A DNA stretch of 64,000 bases from a bacterium (GCA_963605405.1 CAVCUP010000011.1:11270-75269); one strand, 5' to 3'; numbered from the stretch's first letter, positions 18,150-28,483 are shown. The notes: a model not told the origin generated them from the sequence alone. Numbers and translations: made by a program.

Positions 18150-20414
18150 GTGCGGAGATTACTGACGAATTTCGGCAGCGCAATATCGCACATCGAAGAA
18201 AGACCGTTCCTTCTGCTGTGGACCTATCTCTTTCTCGCGACCCCATACGTAGCGTTCCCCGGCATCCAGAGCGGTAAAACGAACGCCGCCGCCTGCATCG
18301 CGGCGGGAATCCTCGTCGTGGGAATTATCTGGAAGCTCCATCCCGCTCCGACGAGCATCTTTCTTCCGCCAAGAATCCGAGGCAGCATCGCCATCCTCGG
18401 AGTTGCGGCGTTCCTCCCTTACGCTATTTTCGAGCTCGGCTCGATGCCCTGGATTCTTCACCCAACCACCGATACGTTGACCGGCTTTTGGAAAGAGCCC
18501 CTGGCCGGCCCCTTCCGCTTTATTGACACGGCGGTTGGCTACGTCCCACTGCTTCCGGGCAGCGCCCTGGCCGCTTACCTGTTTGCCTCTCGCCCAAAGT
18601 CCGAGCAGATATCCAGAGGATTGAGCAGGCCTTGCCCGAGACTACTTCTCGAACTCGTTTTTGCCGGCCTGCTCAAACAGCCCCTCAATGACGCCCCTGT
18701 AGGCCAGCCCCTTCTCAAGTGCCTGCATTTTGTTCTTGGCGCCTGCCTGGCCCTCGCTATCGTCGCGGCGGTCTCGAGAGAGCGCGACCGTGAAATTGAC
18801 TGCCTGCTTGCCTATGCTCTTGGCATCCTATTGTGGAATGAGGCCTCGCGCGTCGTAGGGCCTCCCCCGTTGGACCCCTTTGTCGTGGGCTCGTTAGTAG
18901 CGCTCCTTAGCTTTGGCACGACCCTCCTGATCATCGTCGTGACGCTCAGCCGACCAAAACAGCCTCGGGGCAACGAGCGGGAACTCCCCCGGAAGCCCTC
19001 CGAATATCTTTGCCAACTTGAAGGCTGCGCCAATCTGTCCGCCGCAGAACGCGGCTGCCTCAATCTGCTGGTCGACGGCAATGCGAGCTCAGAAATAGCC
19101 GCGCAGCTTGGGAAATCGCCCTCGACCGTCCGCGTCTTATTAAGCCGTTCCTACAGGAAGCTCGGCGTGTCCAACGCGGCCGAACTCATGGCCAGCCTCG
19201 AGGAGAAGCGTCTTCTCGCCGCCGGCATCACGGCCGACGCAGGACAGGCCCAATCACATGAAGCCTCCCGCTGGGGATGCTTTGACGGGGCGTTCCTTCT
19301 TCTAGCCGCGCTGCCGCTCTGGCACTATGACCTTGCCTGGGGAATCGGCCGTGAATTGTACCTGCCCCTGGGAACGGGCCTGTTTGCCGCAGGGATACCC
19401 CAACTGCTGGGAACAGAGCCGCGACAAGCGAGGTTGCCGCGGCCCATCGTCCATGTTCTCGGCGGACTGTGCGTAGCGCTCAAGGTGCTTCAAGCTGTTT
19501 GCGAAGATTCACGTGGCATAGACTTAGCCCTGGTCGCCTCCCCCTTCTTCTTTGGAGTCGCATTCACGCTTGGATCAAGCGACAAGGACCGCCCCGTTCA
19601 GTTTCGCGGAATTGATTTTCCGCCCGTTCTTCTCGCGCAAGCAATCGGCGTGCTCATCGAAGAGCTTTGGAGAGACCACGGCTATTTTTCCATCCTTGCC
19701 CCGCTTACACCCCTAGCCATCGCTTTGACGGCAAACGGCGCAGCCCTGCTATGGCGGATCGACCGCAAGGTCGCGGCCCCCTTGCTGCTTGGATGCGCGG
19801 GGCTGTTCTCATGCCTTGTCCTGCTTGGAGCGGCATCAATCTTTGAGGCCATCGCTTTGTCTTGCTGCGCCGTCAGCTTCTGCATGGCCTTCATGCTTGC
19901 TCGCACAACCGAAGTGCTCGCAACCCCGCTTCCCCATCTCGCCCCCAGCCTAGGCCTCGGAATACTGGCCGGGGACGTCCTGGTCGGCTCATTTGCGGAT
20001 CGTCTTGTGTTTAACGACACCGCGCTTCGCTATTTTGGCGGGCAATCGGGGCTATACGCCGCAGGCGGCGCAAGTCTCGGAATACTGTCCTTTGCCATGG
20101 CCCTAGCCGTAACCGCCTACTCGCTGCGCCTCTCGAACGACATGGACGCTGACGCGCTGCGAGGGCGGCTGAGTCCAGCTGGCCGAGAAACCAGGGTCTT
20201 GGCGCTCTTTACCGCCAAGGGGCTCACCGAGCAAGAGGCGATTGTGATGTCAAAAATCGCCGAGGGTTTAAGCGGACCGGAGATCTCGGAGACCATCAAC
20301 TACTCCCGAGGGACCGTGAACAACCTGCGCCTCAGCGGGTACTCGAAGCTCGATATCCATAGCAGAAAGGAACTAATCTCCTATATTTCTGCAGGTATAG
20401 GGCCTGTAAACTGA
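18150..20414 (+). CDS. Polytopic membrane protein with two LuxR-type HTH domains (tandem TM-bundle + HTH modules)
   Basis: HTH 1 is LSAAERGCLNLLVDGNASSEIAAQLGKSPSTVRVLLSRSYRKLGV (about 19035..19205). HTH 2 is LTEQEAIVMSKIAEGLSGPEISETINYSRGTVNNLRLSGYSKLDI (about 20223..20394). Each is preceded by several hydrophobic helices. The GTG start is uncertain. Confidence 0.7.
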   Translation: MRRLLTNFGSAISHIEERPFLLLWTYLFLATPYVAFPGIQSGKTNAAACIAAGILVVGIIWKLHPAPTSIFLPPRIRGSIAILGVAAFLPYAIFELGSMPWILHPTTDTLTGFWKEPLAGPFRFIDTAVGYVPLLPGSALAAYLFASRPKSEQISRGLSRPCPRLLLELVFAGLLKQPLNDAPVGQPLLKCLHFVLGACLALAIVAAVSRERDREIDCLLAYALGILLWNEASRVVGPPPLDPFVVGSLVALLSFGTTLLIIVVTLSRPKQPRGNERELPRKPSEYLCQLEGCANLSAAERGCLNLLVDGNASSEIAAQLGKSPSTVRVLLSRSYRKLGVSNAAELMASLEEKRLLAAGITADAGQAQSHEASRWGCFDGAFLLLAALPLWHYDLAWGIGRELYLPLGTGLFAAGIPQLLGTEPRQARLPRPIVHVLGGLCVALKVLQAVCEDSRGIDLALVASPFFFGVAFTLGSSDKDRPVQFRGIDFPPVLLAQAIGVLIEELWRDHGYFSILAPLTPLAIALTANGAALLWRIDRKVAAPLLLGCAGLFSCLVLLGAASIFEAIALSCCAVSFCMAFMLARTTEVLATPLPHLAPSLGLGILAGDVLVGSFADRLVFNDTALRYFGGQSGLYAAGGASLGILSFAMALAVTAYSLRLSNDMDADALRGRLSPAGRETRVLALFTAKGLTEQEAIVMSKIAEGLSGPEISETINYSRGTVNNLRLSGYSKLDIHSRKELISYISAGIGPVN

Positions 20415-20593
20415 CTCTTTCCCCTATTTCATACCCTTGTTTACGGACAGACAAAGCCCCTATTTGGCATCCTCGTCCTGACGGGCGCCCTAAACCCAAC
20501 AGACAAGATGAACAAAGGAGCGACAGATGTCCGATTCTACGACCGCGCCGCGACTCCGGCGCACATTTATCGCCGCTGGCTTGTGAGCCCAAG

Positions 20594-21256
20594 ATGAACA
20601 CGAAAGAACGCCGAACGTTGATTTTGGTCATCGTACTTGCTTTGGCATGTCTGGCCGCTGGCCTGATTCTTAACGCCTCAGCATCAACCTCAAAACAGGC
20701 ACGGGAACCTTCCGCTCCGCTCGTCTTTACCGCCGGGTCGACCGTTGAACTCAACAGTGCCTCCAACGAAGCCCGTTATATAAGAAGCGATGGCGTCGAA
20801 GCCGAGGTGGAATTCGGCTGGAGCGGCTCAATGGAGCTGACCGTCGAGAAAGCAGTGCTGTTCAAGGGCACCAGGGCCGCCGAGAAGGCAGGCGAGCTCG
20901 GCGCGGTCTCTCATGAAGACGACGACCGACTTTTGCTCGTGACGTGCCGGCTAAAGAATGTGGATGCGACGCCCACGCGCACCGATAATTCTGGTCGGGC
21001 CGCCTTTTCCGCCTCTGTTTTTTCTGTTCCGGACCTGGAGCTCAGGTACTTCTCGGCATCGGCCGAGTCAAACGATGCCCACGACTACTTCTCATTTCAG
21101 CTCGACAAGAACGAAGAAATTGAGTTCACTCTCGGGTATCCCTGGCAAAGCAGCAAGAACGGAGCCCTCGGCGAGATTCCCGAGTTCATGGCCCCGGGAA
21201 TCGACGGCGCAAAAGGTCATTACCTCATCAACCTCGCAACGACGATTGAGGAGTGA
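20594..21256 (+). CDS. N-terminally anchored extracytoplasmic protein (DUF4352-like beta-sandwich guess)
   Basis: It has a TM/signal anchor (RRTLILVIVLALACLAAGLIL) and an ...LLLVTCRLKNVD... segment like the DUF4352-type domains I remember. Its stop overlaps the next start (GTGA). Confidence 0.5.
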   Translation: MNTKERRTLILVIVLALACLAAGLILNASASTSKQAREPSAPLVFTAGSTVELNSASNEARYIRSDGVEAEVEFGWSGSMELTVEKAVLFKGTRAAEKAGELGAVSHEDDDRLLLVTCRLKNVDATPTRTDNSGRAAFSASVFSVPDLELRYFSASAESNDAHDYFSFQLDKNEEIEFTLGYPWQSSKNGALGEIPEFMAPGIDGAKGHYLINLATTIEE

Positions 21257-22113
21257 TCCCGGTGGCTTCCCTTATTCGAATGGAGCTCGGCAAGGCATTC
21301 CGAAATCCATGGTTTCTCGTCTCGTCGGCAATTTCCACCGCCCTCGCCGTTGCAAGCGCCGTCGGAAACATCGTTTATCACTGTGAGTACGGCGTTTTCG
21401 AGCTCTATACACACAAGTATGTTTCCCCCGTGCCCGACAGTTGCTTCAAGTGGTGGATATCGTTGGATTTTCTGCAGCCGACGTCGTCGCTGCTGTTCCA
21501 CCTTCTGCCATTACTGTCCGTCATCCCATACGCATGGTCATACCAGACGGAGCTGCAATGCGGCTATCTTGGGCAAGTCCTGTCACGAACTAGGCGCCGC
21601 GACTACCTGGTAGCAAAGGGCATAGCGGCTTTCTCAAGCGGCGCAATGGTGGCAGCGGCACCGTTGCTCATTAACTTCCTGCTGCTTGCAGCGTTTATAC
21701 CGGCCTATATACCCGACATCACAGAAGTGCTCTACCTGGGCGTATATCCAGATGACATCTGGTCTTGGTTCTTCTACAATGCGCCGGTCGCGTACGTCCT
21801 TCTTTTCTCGGCGCTGGCCTCGCTCATATGCGGGCTCTGGGCGCTCTTTGTCCTATCCCTGTCCTACCTTATCGAGAACCGCGTGGCCTTGCTTTTGAGC
21901 CCCTACCTCGCAAGCCTCATTCTTCAATTTCTGAGCGAGCGCATCTACCTTGTGCTCGGAATCAACGGCCCTCAGCTAGGGCTCGCCGCAAACATGCGGG
22001 CCGGCACAGAGAGCTACGCGCAGGTTTGGTGGGTTATCGCGCTCGAGTGCACCGCCCTGTTCCTCGCTTCCTTTCTTCTCACAAACAGACAGGTGAGGGG
22101 GGACGTGCTGTGA
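21253..22113 (+). CDS. ABC-2 type transporter permease
   Basis: 286 aa with about 6 hydrophobic helices. The N-terminus LIRMELGKAFRNPWF is typical of ABC-2/lantibiotic-immunity-type permeases. Both ends are GTGA start/stop overlaps. Confidence 0.7.
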   Translation: MIPVASLIRMELGKAFRNPWFLVSSAISTALAVASAVGNIVYHCEYGVFELYTHKYVSPVPDSCFKWWISLDFLQPTSSLLFHLLPLLSVIPYAWSYQTELQCGYLGQVLSRTRRRDYLVAKGIAAFSSGAMVAAAPLLINFLLLAAFIPAYIPDITEVLYLGVYPDDIWSWFFYNAPVAYVLLFSALASLICGLWALFVLSLSYLIENRVALLLSPYLASLILQFLSERIYLVLGINGPQLGLAANMRAGTESYAQVWWVIALECTALFLASFLLTNRQVRGDVL

Positions 22114-22946
22114 GGCGCTCGCCGCTACATCTCGACCTTACAGAAGGATTGCGGGAAGTCGGCAAATGGTATTTCGTCTGCGCTGCGCTCGCCGCATCGT
22201 CGGCCATTTCCTTCGCGCTCACCGCTCGGGCAAGAGGGTTCAGCCCCGATGAGGCGCCGTGTAACTTCGGCAACCTGACGGCATGCGCTTTTGCTGGGAT
22301 GGAGGCGTTCTTACCTTCACCAAGCGAGCCGTTCCAGTTTCCCGTGAGCTGGGCGCTCATGATGCTTCTAGTCACCTATATGACTCTGGGATACCCCTAT
22401 CGCGACCTCATGGGGTTTGGTCAAAAGGTGCTCATATCGAGCGCGAACCGACGCTCGTGGTGGCTAAGCAAATGCGTCTGGACCACAGTGTGCGTCCTGC
22501 TCTTTTGGGCCGTGTTCCTCGGTGTTACCGCCTTGGCCTCAATGGTCCTAGGCAGTGGCCTGGGACTCGAGATATCCCCGAGCATCGAAAAGGTCCTGCG
22601 CCTGCGTATCCCGGTCAGGTTCAATGAAATGGACTATTTGGCTTTCCTGTGCTCAATCCCGCCGATTACCATCGCACTTTGCCTGGCTCAGCTCTGCTTA
22701 TCCCTGTTTGTAACTCCCATGATCAGTTACCTCGCGATGTTTTCCCTGCTGTTCCTTTCCGCCTTCTACTATCAGGCACCGTTTTTGCTCGGCAACTACC
22801 TTATGGCGCTCAGAACACCGGGATTTGCCGGGTCAGGGTTTCACCCGGCTTGGGGGGTACTACTCGCCGTTCTGCTCTCTATGTGCTCAATCGCCATCGG
22901 CGACAAGCGTTTCTCCCACATGGATATTCTCGAAAAGGAGTCGTGA
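22110..22946 (+). CDS. Second ABC-2 type transporter permease
   Basis: GTG at 22110 overlaps the TGA at 22111..22113. The polytopic protein starts VRRSPLHLDLTEGLREVGKWYFV.... The ORF-track start at 21765 lies inside the upstream gene and is rejected. Confidence 0.65.
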   Translation: MRRSPLHLDLTEGLREVGKWYFVCAALAASSAISFALTARARGFSPDEAPCNFGNLTACAFAGMEAFLPSPSEPFQFPVSWALMMLLVTYMTLGYPYRDLMGFGQKVLISSANRRSWWLSKCVWTTVCVLLFWAVFLGVTALASMVLGSGLGLEISPSIEKVLRLRIPVRFNEMDYLAFLCSIPPITIALCLAQLCLSLFVTPMISYLAMFSLLFLSAFYYQAPFLLGNYLMALRTPGFAGSGFHPAWGVLLAVLLSMCSIAIGDKRFSHMDILEKES

Positions 22947-22947
22947 C

Positions 22948-23592
22948 ATGAGCGTCATCGTCAACGACCTGTGCAAGACCATTAAAGGCAGCGTCGTGCT
23001 CAGCAATATCGACATAGAAGCCCCTTCCGGAACCATCACCGGACTCGCCGGCGTGAACGGCTCTGGCAAGAGCATGTTGATGCGAGCGATTGCGGGCCTG
23101 ATCCGACCAACTTCAGGCCGGATTACCGTAGACGGAAAGGCCCTGGGAAAAGAGGTCGAATTTCCGTCGAGTGTCGGCCTCCTCATCGAGGGCCCGGCGT
23201 TTCTCAATGGCCGCACGGGGTTCGAGAACCTAAGGTTGCTGGCAAGCATTGCAGGGCGAGCAGGCGACGATCGCATCAGAGAGACGCTAAAGTTTGTCGG
23301 CCTCGCCCCAGACGATAGACGACGATATTCCAAGTACTCCCTTGGCATGAAGCAGCGCCTGGGACTCGCGGCAGCGATTATGGAAAGGCCGCGGCTCCTC
23401 CTGCTCGACGAGCCGACGAATGCCCTTGACTCCGCAGGGGTCGAGATGCTCAAGAGGCTCGTAAGGGGTTACCGAGACCATGGCGCGACCGTTATTCTCT
23501 CTTGTCACGACGCCACGACGCTGCGTGAACTGTCAGACCATATCTACTACCTCGCGGAAGGTCACATCGATGGTCACGAATCGCTCCATTAG
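22948..23592 (+). CDS. ABC transporter ATP-binding protein
   Basis: Start MSVIVNDLCKTIKG with AAGGAG at 22935..22940. It has Walker A GVNGSGKS, signature YSLGMKQR and Walker B LLLLDEP. Confidence 0.9.
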   Translation: MSVIVNDLCKTIKGSVVLSNIDIEAPSGTITGLAGVNGSGKSMLMRAIAGLIRPTSGRITVDGKALGKEVEFPSSVGLLIEGPAFLNGRTGFENLRLLASIAGRAGDDRIRETLKFVGLAPDDRRRYSKYSLGMKQRLGLAAAIMERPRLLLLDEPTNALDSAGVEMLKRLVRGYRDHGATVILSCHDATTLRELSDHIYYLAEGHIDGHESLH

Positions 23593-24238
23593 CCGAGAGG
23601 CAATAAGCAGAAAGGTCGCCGTGATCATCGGCGTCATCATATCCGTTGCGCTCACATCCGCGCTCGCCCTCAGAATTCAGATAGTCAATCAGTCGCAGCT
23701 CGTTATTCCCGAGCGTCATTTCTCCATGGGGGATGAAGTCGACCTTGATGGCTCCTTCATCTATGACAATCAGGAGAATACGGCCGGCTACAGCGTACGG
23801 GTCGATAAGGCCGAGGTCATGTCCGCAAGCGAGTATATAAAGCGTTATGCGAAAGGCGGCAGCACGGGCAGCGCCGCCTCTAAAGCAGAGGGCGATGTGC
23901 TTGTGCTGACGTATACGATAACAAACGCCGATAACGAAACCGGCTTCCTCGATATGGTCATGCTCATGGCAGTCGGAGAATCGAAGAACCACTTGTACAA
24001 AGTGGACGACGCGCTCTGGGAAAGAGCCGAGCCGTCCCTGGAGAATTCCAACGCCCTGGTGCTTAAGCCAAACAGCACCTACACGACTGAGCTGCCTTTT
24101 TCGTATTACGAGGGGCCGGGTCTTTTCGAGTCAACGACCGCGCAAGACAACGAGCGGCGAGCAAAAATCGAAGATGCCGGCTTTTCTCTCTACGTAAGCA
24201 ACGCTCCGCAGCGAAACATCGTGGATATTCGGCTTTGA
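23570..24238 (+). CDS. Second N-terminally anchored DUF4352-like extracytoplasmic protein
   Basis: MVTNRSISREAISRKVAVIIGVIISVALTSALA..., with VRVDKAEVMS and VLVLTYTITNADNE segments. It overlaps the ATPase 3' end by 23 nt. Confidence 0.5.
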   Translation: MVTNRSISREAISRKVAVIIGVIISVALTSALALRIQIVNQSQLVIPERHFSMGDEVDLDGSFIYDNQENTAGYSVRVDKAEVMSASEYIKRYAKGGSTGSAASKAEGDVLVLTYTITNADNETGFLDMVMLMAVGESKNHLYKVDDALWERAEPSLENSNALVLKPNSTYTTELPFSYYEGPGLFESTTAQDNERRAKIEDAGFSLYVSNAPQRNIVDIRL

Positions 24239-24266
24239 GGCGGGGCCCGATGAACACGAGCCGTCT

Positions 24267-26195
24267 TTACAGCTCGTCGAGCTCGGCTTGCCAGAGGGCA
24301 ACGCAGGCGTCGGACGGCATGCGCAGGTCTCCGCGCGGACTCACGGCGGCCGAGCCGACCTTGGGTCCGTCGGGAAGGCAGCTGCGCTTGAACTGCTGCG
24401 CGAAGTAACGGCGATAGAAGACACGCAGCCACTTGAGGATGGTCTCATCGTCGTACGTATCGCCAAGGGCGTAGCGGGCGAGGCGGTAGACCTTGCACGG
24501 GGAGGTGCCGCGGCGCAGCACCTCGTAGAGGAAGAAGTCGTGCAGCTCGTAGGGCCCGACGAGGTCCTCGGTCTTCTGAGAGATCTTTCCATCGCCGGTG
24601 GCGGGCAGGAGCTCCGGCGAGACGGGAGTGTCGAGCACGTCGTAGAGGACCTCGGACTCCTCAGCGTTTCCGCAGGTATCGGCCACATAACGCACGAGGT
24701 GGCGCACGAGGGTCTTGGGGACGGAGGCGTTGACGGCATACATGCTCATGTGGTCGCCGTTGTAGGTGGCCCAGCCGAGAGCGAGCTCCGAGAGGTCACC
24801 CGTGCCGATGACCATGCCGCCCTCCTGGTTGGCGATGTCCATGAGGATCTGGGTGCGCTCGCGGGCCTGGGAGTTCTCGTAGGTGACGTCGTGGACGGAC
24901 TCGTCGTGGCCGATGTCGGAGAAGTGCAGGCGCACGGCGTCGCCGATGTTGACCTCGCGCAGGTCGGCGCCGAGCGACTCGGTGAGCTGGGTCGCGTTGT
25001 CGTGCGTGCGGTCCGTGGTGCCGAAGCCGGGCATGGTCACGCTGATGATGCCCGTGCGGTCGAGGCCGAGCAGGTCGAAGGCGCGCGCCGTGACGAGCAG
25101 CGCGAGCGTGGAGTCGAGGCCGCCCGAGATGCCGATGACGGCGCGGGTGGCATGGGTGTGCTGCAGGCGCTTGGCGAGGCCGCGAGCCTGGATGTTGAAG
25201 ACATCCTCGCAGCGCTCGGCGCGGCGGGCAGGGTCGGACGGCACGAAGGGCTGCGGGTCGACGTAGCGGGTAAGGCGCGTTTCTCGCACGTCGAGCGAGA
25301 AACGCGTGACGTGGTAGGCGCGCTGAACGGGGCTTGGCGCTACATCAAAGGTTGACATGCGACGGCGCTCGGCGGCAAGAAGACGCAGGTCAATCTCGGA
25401 AACCGCGCGGCCGTCGCCGAAGGGCTTGGCCTCCGCGAGCACGCGGCCGTTCTCGGCGACGAGGTTGTGGCCGGAGAAAACGACGTCCTGCGTGGACTCG
25501 CCGGCGCCCGCGCTCGCGTAGATGTACCCGCAGATGAGGCGGGCCGACTGCCCGGAGACGAGGCTGCGGCGGTAATCCGCCTTGCCGACAACGGCGTTGC
25601 TCGCCGAGAGGTTGCAGATGAGCGTGGCGCCGGCCTTGGCGTGCGCGATGGAAGGCGGCTCGGGAACCCAAAGGTCCTCGCAGAGCTCGACCGCGACCGA
25701 AAGCTCGGGCATATCCTCGCAGCTAAAGAGCTGGGAGGCGCCGAAGGGCACGTCGAGGGAGCCCGCGATGTCGATGGGCACGACGTCCGTGGTGCCGGCA
25801 ACGAAGTGACGGCCCTCGTAGAACTCGTTGTACGTGGGCAGGTAGCGCTTGGGCACGACGCCCAGCACGGTGCCGGCGCAGACGACGGCCGCGCAGTTGT
25901 AAAGCTTGGCGTTGACGCGCACCGGCAGGCCCACGAGCAGCAGCGCGTTCAGGTCCGAGGTCGCCCGCGCGAAGTCCGCGAGGCCCTGCTCGGCGGACGC
26001 GAGAAGCGCGTCTTGCCAAAAGAGGTCCTCGCAGGTGTAGGCCGTGAGGCAGAGCTCGGGCAGCACGACGACCATCGCGCCGTCCTCGGTGCAGGCGCGT
26101 CGCGCGGTCTCCACGCAGGCGTTTACGTTGTGCGCGACGTCGGCGACGCGTACCTCCGGCGTGATCGCCGCGACCTTAACGAACCCGTCCTGCAT
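24267..26195 (-). CDS. nadE: Glutamine-dependent NAD+ synthetase
   Basis: 642 aa. It has an N-terminal CN-hydrolase domain ([11 protein letters not shown]) and a C-terminal NAD synthetase domain with SGGLDS. Confidence 0.95.
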   Translation of the reverse strand: MQDGFVKVAAITPEVRVADVAHNVNACVETARRACTEDGAMVVVLPELCLTAYTCEDLFWQDALLASAEQGLADFARATSDLNALLLVGLPVRVNAKLYNCAAVVCAGTVLGVVPKRYLPTYNEFYEGRHFVAGTTDVVPIDIAGSLDVPFGASQLFSCEDMPELSVAVELCEDLWVPEPPSIAHAKAGATLICNLSASNAVVGKADYRRSLVSGQSARLICGYIYASAGAGESTQDVVFSGHNLVAENGRVLAEAKPFGDGRAVSEIDLRLLAAERRRMSTFDVAPSPVQRAYHVTRFSLDVRETRLTRYVDPQPFVPSDPARRAERCEDVFNIQARGLAKRLQHTHATRAVIGISGGLDSTLALLVTARAFDLLGLDRTGIISVTMPGFGTTDRTHDNATQLTESLGADLREVNIGDAVRLHFSDIGHDESVHDVTYENSQARERTQILMDIANQEGGMVIGTGDLSELALGWATYNGDHMSMYAVNASVPKTLVRHLVRYVADTCGNAEESEVLYDVLDTPVSPELLPATGDGKISQKTEDLVGPYELHDFFLYEVLRRGTSPCKVYRLARYALGDTYDDETILKWLRVFYRRYFAQQFKRSCLPDGPKVGSAAVSPRGDLRMPSDACVALWQAELDEL

Positions 26196-26360
26196 CTCTC
26201 AGCCCTCCTGGATAGTGGGCAGGGACCCTCCCCCGCCCTCAATCTCGCCTCTTTGGGAACGAGGCCGCTTTCGTTTCCGGCGGAGCCACAAGCGGCTGAG
26301 CCGAAGCGAACGCCCCCGGTCAAAGGTTAGCGCATTGCGACAACGGTTCTCTACCGCCCG

Positions 26361-26404
26361 AAGAAAAAGAAGCGACGCAAAGATGCAGCTCTTTACGTCG
26401 CTTC
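26361..26404 (-). terminator. Intrinsic terminator after the amino-acid ABC operon
   Basis: GAAGCGACG (26369..26377) pairs with CGTCGCTTC (26396..26404). The minus strand continues UUUUUCUUC. Confidence 0.6.
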
Positions 26405-26434
26405 GCGCGTGGTTAACAAGGGTGGCGCGGCACG

Positions 26435-27292
26435 CTAATCGAGGTAGCGGGCAAGGAACTCGCGGGTGCGGGGAAGCTTGGGGTTGCTGAACATCTCCGC
26501 GGGGCTCGAGGCCTCGGCTATGACGCCCTTGTCCATAAAGACGACCTGGTCGGAGACGTTCTTTGCGAACTCCATCTCGTGCGTGACCACGACCATCGTC
26601 ATGCCCTCGGCCGCGAGGTCGCGCATGACGTTCAGGACCTCGCCGGAAATCTCCGGGTCGAGAGCGGAGGTCGGCTCGTCGAAGAGCATGAGGTCGGGCT
26701 GCATGCAGAGGGCGCGCGCGATGGCCACGCGCTGCTTCTGTCCGCCGGAGAGCGTCTGGGCGCTCGCCTGCGCGAAGTCGGCGAGGCCCACGGCGTCCAA
26801 GTGGCGCATCGCGACCTTCTCGGCCTCGGCCTTGGTCATCTTCTTAAGGGTAACGGGCGCCAAAGTGCAGTTGTCGAGCACGTTCATGTTGTTGAACAGG
26901 TTGAAGCCCTGGAACACCATGCCGATCTTTTCGCGCAGCTTGTTCACGTCGACGTGGTCGGCGGCGAGGTCGGCGCCGCGGAACCAGACATGGCCGGAAT
27001 CGGGGGTCTCCAGCAGGTTCAGGCAGCGCAGCATGGTCGACTTGCCGGAACCGGACGCGCCGATGATCGTCACGACCTGGCCGGGAAGAACCTCGAGGTC
27101 GATGCCGCGCAGGACCGCATGATCGCCGAAGGACTTGCGCAGGCCCTCGACGCGGATCACGGGCTCGGGGGCGTTGCCGGAAGCGGCGGTCGGCGCAATG
27201 CCCGCGCCCGCGGTCGGCGCGCTCTCCGCCGGCGGCTCGTACGGCTGGCCCGCCACGGCGGCGGCGATCTTCGCGTACTTCTCGTTAGCCAT
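26435..27292 (-). CDS. Polar amino acid ABC transporter ATP-binding protein (GlnQ-like)
   Basis: It has Walker [10 protein letters not shown], signature [15 protein letters not shown] and Walker [16 protein letters not shown] roughly 40-aa Ala/Pro-rich N-terminal extension is present. Confidence 0.93.
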   Translation of the reverse strand: MANEKYAKIAAAVAGQPYEPPAESAPTAGAGIAPTAASGNAPEPVIRVEGLRKSFGDHAVLRGIDLEVLPGQVVTIIGASGSGKSTMLRCLNLLETPDSGHVWFRGADLAADHVDVNKLREKIGMVFQGFNLFNNMNVLDNCTLAPVTLKKMTKAEAEKVAMRHLDAVGLADFAQASAQTLSGGQKQRVAIARALCMQPDLMLFDEPTSALDPEISGEVLNVMRDLAAEGMTMVVVTHEMEFAKNVSDQVVFMDKGVIAEASSPAEMFSNPKLPRTREFLARYLD

Positions 27293-27295
27293 GAC

Positions 27296-28483
27296 TTATG
27301 CCTCCGCTTTCTCGGCCTTGACCTTGCTGGGGCCGTTCGACGTGCTGCCCACGGGGCGGCTCTCCACGCTCATGTGCTTGGCAAAGCGCCCGAGCAGCCA
27401 TGAGGCGATGGCGGTCATGATGAGGTAGAACACGGCGGCCACGAGGTAGGCATTGAGCTGCTTGTAGTAAATACCGGCAACCGTCGAGGCGGCAAACGCG
27501 AGGTCGAACACGCCGATAACCGAGAGAACCGAAGAATCCTTGATGTTGATGACAAGCTCGTTGGAAAGACCGGGGATGGCATACTTGATGCCCTGCGGGA
27601 AGACGACCTTTACCATGGCCTGCCACTGAGAAAGGCCGAGCGAGCGCGCCGCCTCCATCTGCCCCTTGTCCACGGACTCGATGCCGCCGCGCAGCACCTC
27701 CATCATGTAGGCCGTGGAGTTGAGCGAGACGACCACGAGGCCCGCCACGAAGCGCGACCAGATGTTGTTGACCTCGGTGATGGAGAGCCCGAACCCGCTC
27801 ACCACAGCGAAGCCCAGGTAATAGATGATGACGCCCTGGACGAGCATCGGCGTGCCGCGGACCACGGTGGAGTAGACCTTGGCAAAGCCCACACCGACCT
27901 TCTTGAAGAAGCGCACGCAGTCGTTGTCGGAGCGGTCGATCTCCATGATGCGAACGGCCACGAGCAGCAGCGCGAGGAAAAACGCGATCACGGTGCCGAA
28001 GACGGCCAGCTCAATGGTGGTAATGATTCCGGAGAGATAGGTCTGCTTGCCCTGCTGGAACATGTAGAGCACCTGGGTGAGCATGTCGTCCGGCATCTTC
28101 TGCGCGGCGGCCGCCGCGGCCCAGGCCGAGCAGAAGCCCATGACCGCACGGTCCACGAAGAGAACCGCCGTTATGACGCAGACAACGTACGAGCCGACGC
28201 GCAACGCGTTCGCCGCCGCCGGCTTGGCGAGGGGCGAGGTCTCCGCATAGTTCTTCCAGTGCGTGAGCTTGAACACGAGTCCCGCCGCCGAGACGACGAG
28301 CCACGCGACGAGCAGGTAATACATGACGAGCTCCACCGCGAAGGCTCCGGCAAGGAAGCTCATCGTCGGGCGCGTCGAGCTGGAGAGCAGCATGCCTACG
28401 GAAGCTATCGCCGAGGTGCCGAGCAGCACGTAGCGGTGGTTCGTCCTGGCAAAGGTCGCCAGACGCTCAGGTGCAGATGCCAT
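27296..28483 (-). CDS. Amino acid ABC transporter permease (HisM/GlnP family) with an extra N-terminal TM region
   Basis: It carries the EAA-loop region EAARSLGLSQWQAMVKVVFPQ. The protein is 395 aa. Confidence 0.9.
   Translation of the reverse strand: MASAPERLATFARTNHRYVLLGTSAIASVGMLLSSSTRPTMSFLAGAFAVELVMYYLLVAWLVVSAAGLVFKLTHWKNYAETSPLAKPAAANALRVGSYVVCVITAVLFVDRAVMGFCSAWAAAAAAQKMPDDMLTQVLYMFQQGKQTYLSGIITTIELAVFGTVIAFFLALLLVAVRIMEIDRSDNDCVRFFKKVGVGFAKVYSTVVRGTPMLVQGVIIYYLGFAVVSGFGLSITEVNNIWSRFVAGLVVVSLNSTAYMMEVLRGGIESVDKGQMEAARSLGLSQWQAMVKVVFPQGIKYAIPGLSNELVINIKDSSVLSVIGVFDLAFAASTVAGIYYKQLNAYLVAAVFYLIMTAIASWLLGRFAKHMSVESRPVGSTSNGPSKVKAEKAEA

Noticed and set aside
26196-26360. Possible NAD-responsive riboswitch in the ~165-nt nadE leader
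   Set aside because: I could not recognise either known NAD+ riboswitch motif or any convincing conserved-looking structure. It was left unannotated.
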